Source: Candidatus Latescibacterota bacterium
Lineage (GTDB): Bacteria; Latescibacterota; UBA2968; GCA-2709665
DNA length: 64,000 bases
Assembly (NCBI GenBank): GCA_963667175.2
Contig: CAXXXF010000015.1
Span: 224,001-288,000, forward strand
Reading direction: 5' to 3'
Below, piece after piece: positions 58,099 through 64,000 of this stretch (position 1 is its first letter; every line of letters begins with the position of its first letter). Below the pieces are notes generated by a model that saw only the letters and a program-made list of their open reading frames with translations, was not told the DNA's origin and made no database searches. Both the position numbers and the translations under genes were made by a program.

Positions 58099-61000
58099 TT
58101 GCATCTTTCGCGACTGACGGCATCGGGCTTCAAATCTTTCGTGCAACAGCTGGACCTTTCGCTGCAGAAAGGCATCACCTGCGTTGTCGGCCCCAACGGC
58201 TGCGGTAAATCCAACGTGGTGGATGCGCTGCGCTGGGCGCTGGGCGAACAGCGGGTCCGGTCGCTGCGCAGCAACAATATGGAAGACGTGATATTTTCGG
58301 GTACGCGAAACCGGAAACCGCTCGGCATGGCGGAGGTATCGATCACCATTGACAATGCGGAGCGGTTTCTCTCGACCGATTATTCCGAAGTGACCGTGAC
58401 CCGCCGGCTGTTCCGGTCCGGAGACAGCGATTACCTTTTGAACAAGGTTCCCTGCCGGTTGAAGGATATTCAGAGTCTGCTGATGGATACGGGGCTGGGC
58501 GCGCATGCCTATTCCGTGATCGAGCAGGGAATGATGGACGAGATCATCAGCGACAAGCCCGAGGAACGGCGGCGGCTGTTCGAAGAGGCGGCGGGTGTGA
58601 CCCGGTACAAGGTACAGCGCCGGGCGGCGTGGAACCGTCTGGAGTCCGTCCGGCGGGACCTGGAGACCGTGGATGCCGTCATGGGGGAAATCGAGCGGCA
58701 GGTGAAGTCGCTCGCCCGTCAGGAGCGGAAGGCCCGCCTTTACAGACAGCTTGCAGACCAGATGAAGGACCTCGACGTCCGGCTCGGTCGCCACCGGTTC
58801 TTTCGGACGTCCGAAAGGTCCCGTCCCATCGCGGACGAGATGGCTCTTCTGAATGAGGACGTCGAAGTCGCCGCCGGAGAAATCGCCCGCCTGGAGGCGC
58901 GGCTGGAAGCCGTCCGGACGGAACTGGCGGAGCGCGATCAGGCGCTTGCGGAAGCGAACGTGGAAGTGAGCAGACAGAGTCAGCTCGTGCATCGGAAAGA
59001 GACGCACATCGCGGTCGCTCAGGAGAGAATCCGATCTATCGACGCCTTCCTGGAGCAGGCCGACCGGCGGCAGGAGGTCATGGCGGCGCGGCTGGATACG
59101 GCTCGGAGGGAATCGGAGGCGGCAAAGCGGCTGGGAGCGGAGGCCCGGGATGCATTGCAGCGGGCGGAAGGGGAATTGGAGACGGAGCGAGGCGATCTGG
59201 AAGCGACCAATCATGCGCTCGACGCACGGCGAACCCGCGCGGGCGAACAGAAAACCCAACTGATCGCCGCCCTGGGTGAAATCAACAAGGGAAGCGGCCG
59301 GCTGGAACGCGAACGCGCGCGGCTGGAGGGAATCGCGCAACACCAGGCCCGCCTCGAAGCCGATGCAAAGCAGTCGGCGCTCCGGAAAGCGGAGGCGGAC
59401 GACTCCGGACGGGAGGCGGAACGGCAGATCGACCTTCTGGAACGCGAGAATGAAGAAAAGAGCCGGCTGAGAGAGACGTACGCAGCGAAATACGGGCGGC
59501 TGCTCGAACAACAGGAAGACCTGACCGGGGCGCGCAGCCGGCTGCTGGCCAGAAAAGAGGCCGACGACGCGCGGGTTGGACTTCTGAAAAGGCTTCGGGA
59601 AGGATTCGAGGGGTATTCGAGCGGCGTCCGCGCCCTGGCGGTGGACTCTCCGTTTGCGGACCGCGTGCGCGGCGTGGTTGCGGACCGGATCGACGTGGAC
59701 GGGCGGTACGCGATCGCCATCGAAGCCGCCCTCGGACGCGCGCTGGAATGTTTGCTGGTGGATGAGCCCGCCGACGCGATGAAGGCCATAGACTACCTGC
59801 AATCGGGCGACCTCGGTTCGGCGGCGTTTCTGCCGCTGGATTCGGTTTCGAACGGAAACGACGTTTCCTGGACCTCGCCGGACGCGGACGGCGTGGCGGG
59901 CAGGGCTTCGGACCTGCTGCACGGCGAGGATTCTCCGGTGCACGCGCTGCTTCGCCGGACGCTCGTGGTAAACAACGCCGAAACCGCAGTTGGGCTGTTG
60001 GAGGAAACGCGGACTCGCGGTTTGGACGTGGTAACCGAGAACGGCGTGTTGTTCTCGGCCGACGGCACGATATACGGAGGGAATGCAGCCGACGGCGGCA
60101 CGGGCCTGATCGGGCGCAGGCAGGAGATCGAAACGCTGGAAGCAAACCTGAGCGCCGCCGGCGCCGACCTGCAGGCGTTGGATACGCGAATCGAGGAAAC
60201 CTCTGCATCGCTGGTCGAGACTCAGGCGCTTATCGACGAGACGGACGGGATTCTGGCCGACCTGAACCATCGCCTGGCCGCGCATCGCCGGGACCTTCAG
60301 ATCGCGCAGGCCGAAGAGCAGCGACAGTTGCGGATGGGGGTGGACCTGCGGGAGGAAATCGCGGCTGCGATGAACGACGAAACCGGGCTGAGAGAAGCGA
60401 TCGCTTCCGAGGAGGCGGAACTCGGCGTGCTTCAGAAACGCCGGGAACAACTGGAAGCGGCGGCACGCGAGGCCGACGCGGCGCTGCGGGAGCGCGAACG
60501 TCAGCAGCGGGCCGAACAGGACGCGGTTTCCAGGAGGCTGGTGGAGATCACTTCACTGAAGGGCAGCGTAGACCGGCACGAACGCGAAGGGCAGACGCGG
60601 ACCCGGGACATGGACGAAACCGACCGGGAAATGAAACGACTGGCCGCCGACTGCGAGGAACGGCAGACGGAGAGGCTCGACCTGGAAAGGGCCGCCCAGG
60701 ATTCCGAAGAGGAACTGGAGCGCCTGCATCGCACGCAGGACGAACTGGAGGCGAAGCGGGACCGGCAGGCGGAGCGGCAGCAGGCGTTGTTGACGGATAC
60801 CCGGAAGCTGGAAGAGGAAGCGCGGGACAAGAACCGCCAGGCGAATCAGAACCGGGACCGTCTGGTTGAGCTGCAGGGAGAGATGGCGGAATTGAAGACG
60901 GGATCCGAGGTGTTGCACGCTCGAATTCTGGACGAATACGAGGTGGACGTCAGGGAGGCGGGCGCATTGGACGATCCGGAATTCGATGAAGACGCGACCG

Positions 61001-61695
61001 AAAAACGGGCAGGCGAGCTACGCGAACGGCTCCGCCGGATGGGTCCGGTCAATCTCGCCGCCGTGGAAGAATACGAGGACCAGAAGAGCCATCACGAGTT
61101 TATGGCCAAACACAGGAACGATCTGCTCGAAGCGGCGGAGATCCTTCAGCGGACCATTACGCGGATCGACCGTACGGCCCGCGGCCGGTTCATGGCGACC
61201 TTCGATCAGATCAAAGAGAATTTCCGGAACACGTTCACGGCGTTCTTCGAAGGGGGCCGGGCGGATCTCCTGATGCCCCCGGACGAAGACCCGCTGGAGG
61301 CGCCGCTGGAAATCATCGCCCGGCCCAGAGGCAAGCGACTCCAGCACATCAATCTGCTTTCCGGGGGAGAGCGGGCGCTCACCGCGATCGCGCTGTTATT
61401 CGCGATCTACCTGGTCAAGCCCAGCCCGTTCTGCATTCTCGACGAGGTGGACGCCCCTCTGGACGATGCCAACGTCACCCGCTTCGTGCGGGTGCTCAAA
61501 CAATTCGCGGCCGACACGCAGTTCATCGTGGTGACCCACAACAAGGTCACGATGGACGCGGCGGACTGCCTGCACGGCATTACAATGGAAGAGCCGGGGG
61601 TCTCCAGGCTGGTATCGGTCAGGCTGGACCACGAGACCCCGGGCGGCAACGGGCAGGCGAAGGCGTTGGCGGAGACCACGGCCGCGGACGATTGA
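58099..61695 (+). CDS. smc: Chromosome segregation protein SMC
   Basis: GFKSF, GPNGCGKSN, hinge GVVAD, coiled coils, LSGGE, LDEVDAPLD; TTG start inferred. Confidence 0.97.
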   Translation: MHLSRLTASGFKSFVQQLDLSLQKGITCVVGPNGCGKSNVVDALRWALGEQRVRSLRSNNMEDVIFSGTRNRKPLGMAEVSITIDNAERFLSTDYSEVTVTRRLFRSGDSDYLLNKVPCRLKDIQSLLMDTGLGAHAYSVIEQGMMDEIISDKPEERRRLFEEAAGVTRYKVQRRAAWNRLESVRRDLETVDAVMGEIERQVKSLARQERKARLYRQLADQMKDLDVRLGRHRFFRTSERSRPIADEMALLNEDVEVAAGEIARLEARLEAVRTELAERDQALAEANVEVSRQSQLVHRKETHIAVAQERIRSIDAFLEQADRRQEVMAARLDTARRESEAAKRLGAEARDALQRAEGELETERGDLEATNHALDARRTRAGEQKTQLIAALGEINKGSGRLERERARLEGIAQHQARLEADAKQSALRKAEADDSGREAERQIDLLERENEEKSRLRETYAAKYGRLLEQQEDLTGARSRLLARKEADDARVGLLKRLREGFEGYSSGVRALAVDSPFADRVRGVVADRIDVDGRYAIAIEAALGRALECLLVDEPADAMKAIDYLQSGDLGSAAFLPLDSVSNGNDVSWTSPDADGVAGRASDLLHGEDSPVHALLRRTLVVNNAETAVGLLEETRTRGLDVVTENGVLFSADGTIYGGNAADGGTGLIGRRQEIETLEANLSAAGADLQALDTRIEETSASLVETQALIDETDGILADLNHRLAAHRRDLQIAQAEEQRQLRMGVDLREEIAAAMNDETGLREAIASEEAELGVLQKRREQLEAAAREADAALRERERQQRAEQDAVSRRLVEITSLKGSVDRHEREGQTRTRDMDETDREMKRLAADCEERQTERLDLERAAQDSEEELERLHRTQDELEAKRDRQAERQQALLTDTRKLEEEARDKNRQANQNRDRLVELQGEMAELKTGSEVLHARILDEYEVDVREAGALDDPEFDEDATEKRAGELRERLRRMGPVNLAAVEEYEDQKSHHEFMAKHRNDLLEAAEILQRTITRIDRTARGRFMATFDQIKENFRNTFTAFFEGGRADLLMPPDEDPLEAPLEIIARPRGKRLQHINLLSGGERALTAIALLFAIYLVKPSPFCILDEVDAPLDDANVTRFVRVLKQFAADTQFIVVTHNKVTMDAADCLHGITMEEPGVSRLVSVRLDHETPGGNGQAKALAETTAADD

Positions 61696-61717
61696 CCGGG
61701 GCGGCCGACTTCCCGGT

Positions 61718-63793
61718 TCAGACTGATCCCAGGCTCTTCATAATCTTCGCGACAACGGCGTCCGTGTCGCCGATTCCGGCTCCGGACAGCCGCTCCAGGA
61801 TGATCCCCTGCGGGTCCACCAGGAAATACGCGGGTATCGCACGCACGCTATAGGCGCTGGTCGTCTCGGAACGCCATGCCCCTGGGCGCACGTGCACCCC
61901 TTCGATCTGATGTTTTTCGATGGCTTTGCGCCATGCGGCGTCGCTCGAATCCAGTGAGAGGTTGAGGAAAACCACCGGCTGACCGGCGGTTTCTTTCTTT
62001 ATCCTTCTGAGATCGGGCAAGTTGCTTATGCACGGACCGCACCAGCTTGCCCAGAAGTCCAGCAGCACGACCTTGCCCCTGAACTGGCTCAGCGATACGG
62101 GCCGGCCGTCCAGATCCTCCAGCGTGAAATCCGGCGCCGGACGTCCCGGCTGGAGGGCCATCGCCTTGTCCAGCGCCGCCTGGACCGGCGCGTTGTATTC
62201 GGGATAGGGATTGGTCGTCCGGTAGTCCCGCCACTTGCGACGGACCAGTTCAATGCTGTCACCGCCGTATTCGAAGGCACGGATCAATTCTCCCGCCAGG
62301 AACCAGTAGAGTACTTGCCCTTTCAGTTTCTTTTCGGCGAGGTCAATCCTGTGTGGAAGCATTGGCATTGACCGCTTCTTGATTGCATAGATCGAATCCA
62401 GTCTCGCCTGCACCGCCGGCGACAGACCCAGGTCCGAGAGGTCCAGCTTCCGGGACAGCCGGAGCGGCTGCCGGTTTTCGTACAGGGAGTCCAGATGCGC
62501 GACGAACTCCGACGACTGGTCCAATTCCGACAGATCCACCATTTCGGACAGTTTCTGCTTCTTGTGGATCGACTTCAACTGCCCGTCAAAGTCCGTGCCT
62601 TCTTCTACGGTCAGGCGGATAACCATCGAACCGCCTGTGGTATCGATTTCCGGTTTCTTCAGCTTGCTTGAAGTCGTGATCCTGTACGATCTGCCACTCC
62701 TTTCGTAGAAGGAATCGAGGCGGGCGTGAGCTGCCTGGGGGACGCCCAATTTCGGCAGATCGATGATGTCGGATAGTGTGGATTTGCTCCTGTTGTCATA
62801 CAGCGAGTCAAGTCTGCCTGCGACAGGTTTCGGCAGATCCGACGCACCCAGACGGATCATTTTTGACAGCTTCGGATGCCATCCGTACCGCGCGTAGAGT
62901 GAGTCGAGACCTGCCACGGTTTTCTCCGGAAGATTCAGACTCGACAGATCGTATTGATCGCTGAGCCTGTTCGACATGGGCATCCTCATCATTTCCAGGT
63001 CCAGCGTGCGGATGAGGTAGGTACTGTACGTACCCATGCCAATTGCCTTTTCGTCCACCAGAGGGACCCGTTTCAGGAAGTCGTGGAATTCAGGCGGGAT
63101 ATCCGGGTTCTCGCGGCCGGTGGCGCGCCGGTAATTTTCCGGGTATGATATCTTCAGAAAGGCATACGTGTAGTTGAAAAAGCGCTTCGCGTACTCGACG
63201 AATTCCGGCGAGAACACGTATCTCGTTCGCCGCATCTCCAGGAATTCAAGCTGGTCCGTGTGCCACCCGTCGGCCAGGCGGGAGAAGGCTTCCGCCTCCA
63301 TTTCCCTGTTTTCGCTGACTTTCTTCTGGAAATCCTGGAATCGGGGATACGATTCGGCAACAAAGCGGCTGTTGTCCGCGTTCGTGCCGCTGAACCGGTA
63401 GGACGTATAGAGACGTCCGGGATGGATCCTGATATGCAGGCTGTCGCCGGGCTCGACAAACACCACCAGTGGCCCGGGTTTGAATACGTACGACGCGGCC
63501 TGCCGCACCCATTTCCACGGGACGCTTCTGCTCTTGTAACTTCCCCTGACGAGAGTCCCGCGGACGACGGGGATCTTGACGGCGAAGCGGTCGCGGCTGT
63601 CCAGAGCCACGCGCTGCTCGGACTGTCGTCCCAGTGCCCAGGGCGAGTCGTACCGGAACGTGATTTCCCGCGACGTGGGGCTGCGCACTTCGCCGGTGAT
63701 GATCGCGACGGATGGCGGGCGGGTTTCTGACGCCGAACAGACGGTCAACATGGTGAGAATGGCGAACAGAACAATACCAGGTGTGTTCTTCAT
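61718..63793 (-). CDS. Exported TlpA-family thiol-disulfide oxidoreductase with internal repeats
   Basis: Signal peptide; C-terminal APDFTL...LDFWASWCGPC...IPAYFLVD. Confidence 0.88.
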   Translation of the reverse strand: MKNTPGIVLFAILTMLTVCSASETRPPSVAIITGEVRSPTSREITFRYDSPWALGRQSEQRVALDSRDRFAVKIPVVRGTLVRGSYKSRSVPWKWVRQAASYVFKPGPLVVFVEPGDSLHIRIHPGRLYTSYRFSGTNADNSRFVAESYPRFQDFQKKVSENREMEAEAFSRLADGWHTDQLEFLEMRRTRYVFSPEFVEYAKRFFNYTYAFLKISYPENYRRATGRENPDIPPEFHDFLKRVPLVDEKAIGMGTYSTYLIRTLDLEMMRMPMSNRLSDQYDLSSLNLPEKTVAGLDSLYARYGWHPKLSKMIRLGASDLPKPVAGRLDSLYDNRSKSTLSDIIDLPKLGVPQAAHARLDSFYERSGRSYRITTSSKLKKPEIDTTGGSMVIRLTVEEGTDFDGQLKSIHKKQKLSEMVDLSELDQSSEFVAHLDSLYENRQPLRLSRKLDLSDLGLSPAVQARLDSIYAIKKRSMPMLPHRIDLAEKKLKGQVLYWFLAGELIRAFEYGGDSIELVRRKWRDYRTTNPYPEYNAPVQAALDKAMALQPGRPAPDFTLEDLDGRPVSLSQFRGKVVLLDFWASWCGPCISNLPDLRRIKKETAGQPVVFLNLSLDSSDAAWRKAIEKHQIEGVHVRPGAWRSETTSAYSVRAIPAYFLVDPQGIILERLSGAGIGDTDAVVAKIMKSLGSV

Positions 63794-63883
63794 GGCGCGG
63801 TCCCTCCGTTCGGGTTCAGCTGAAACTCAAAAATCATCCGATCCCTCAGACATAGTTCGACACGGCAGGTCGAACCAGAGCAG

Positions 63884-64000
63884 TTATTACCTGGAGCAGT
63901 AAATAGTGGACAGTGGACAGTGGTCAGGAAGAGCAGTTGTCAGCTTCTACTTATTTTCAGGAGCAGCAAATAGTCGACATCCAGATCCAACCAAAGAAGA
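63884..64000 (-). repeat. Intron-free copy of the dispersed repeat (runs off the window end)
   Basis: Reverse complement reads ...GAAGCTGACA|ACTGCTCTTCCTGACCACTG..., i.e. the ligated exons of the 54630-55390 intron. Confidence 0.9.

Overview
GC-rich bacterial chromosome segment; the gene content (PhyH, creatininase, ceramidase-like hydrolases, TPR-ExbBD-TonB) loosely suggests an FCB-group or Latescibacterota-like marine or host-associated lineage, which is inference only. Most of it is housekeeping (aroE, menG, argS, aroK, aroB, mnmA, comM/yifB, fabV, guaB, cysS, ddl, ispDF, queA, dinG, smc, tRNA-Thr) mixed with catabolic or tailoring enzymes. The main points of interest are: (1) an AbgB/M20D amidohydrolase whose conserved GHGCGHN cysteine is an in-frame TGA followed by a SECIS-like hairpin (candidate selenoprotein); (2) an ORF-less 761-nt group II intron inserted in a dispersed repeat, with an intron-free copy of the same repeat at the window end and an EBS1 matching the target; (3) many intergenic 7-9-nt periodic repeat arrays, some in inverted pairs; (4) a PhyH-family enzyme with a halogenase-type HxG motif; (5) a dinG-RSH-lipoprotein-RNB cluster with apparently inactivated catalytic motifs; (6) a Panacea antitoxin islet, a tRNA-3'-end-flanked mini-islet and a candidate sRNA upstream of guaB. 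No CRISPR array or rRNA was seen.
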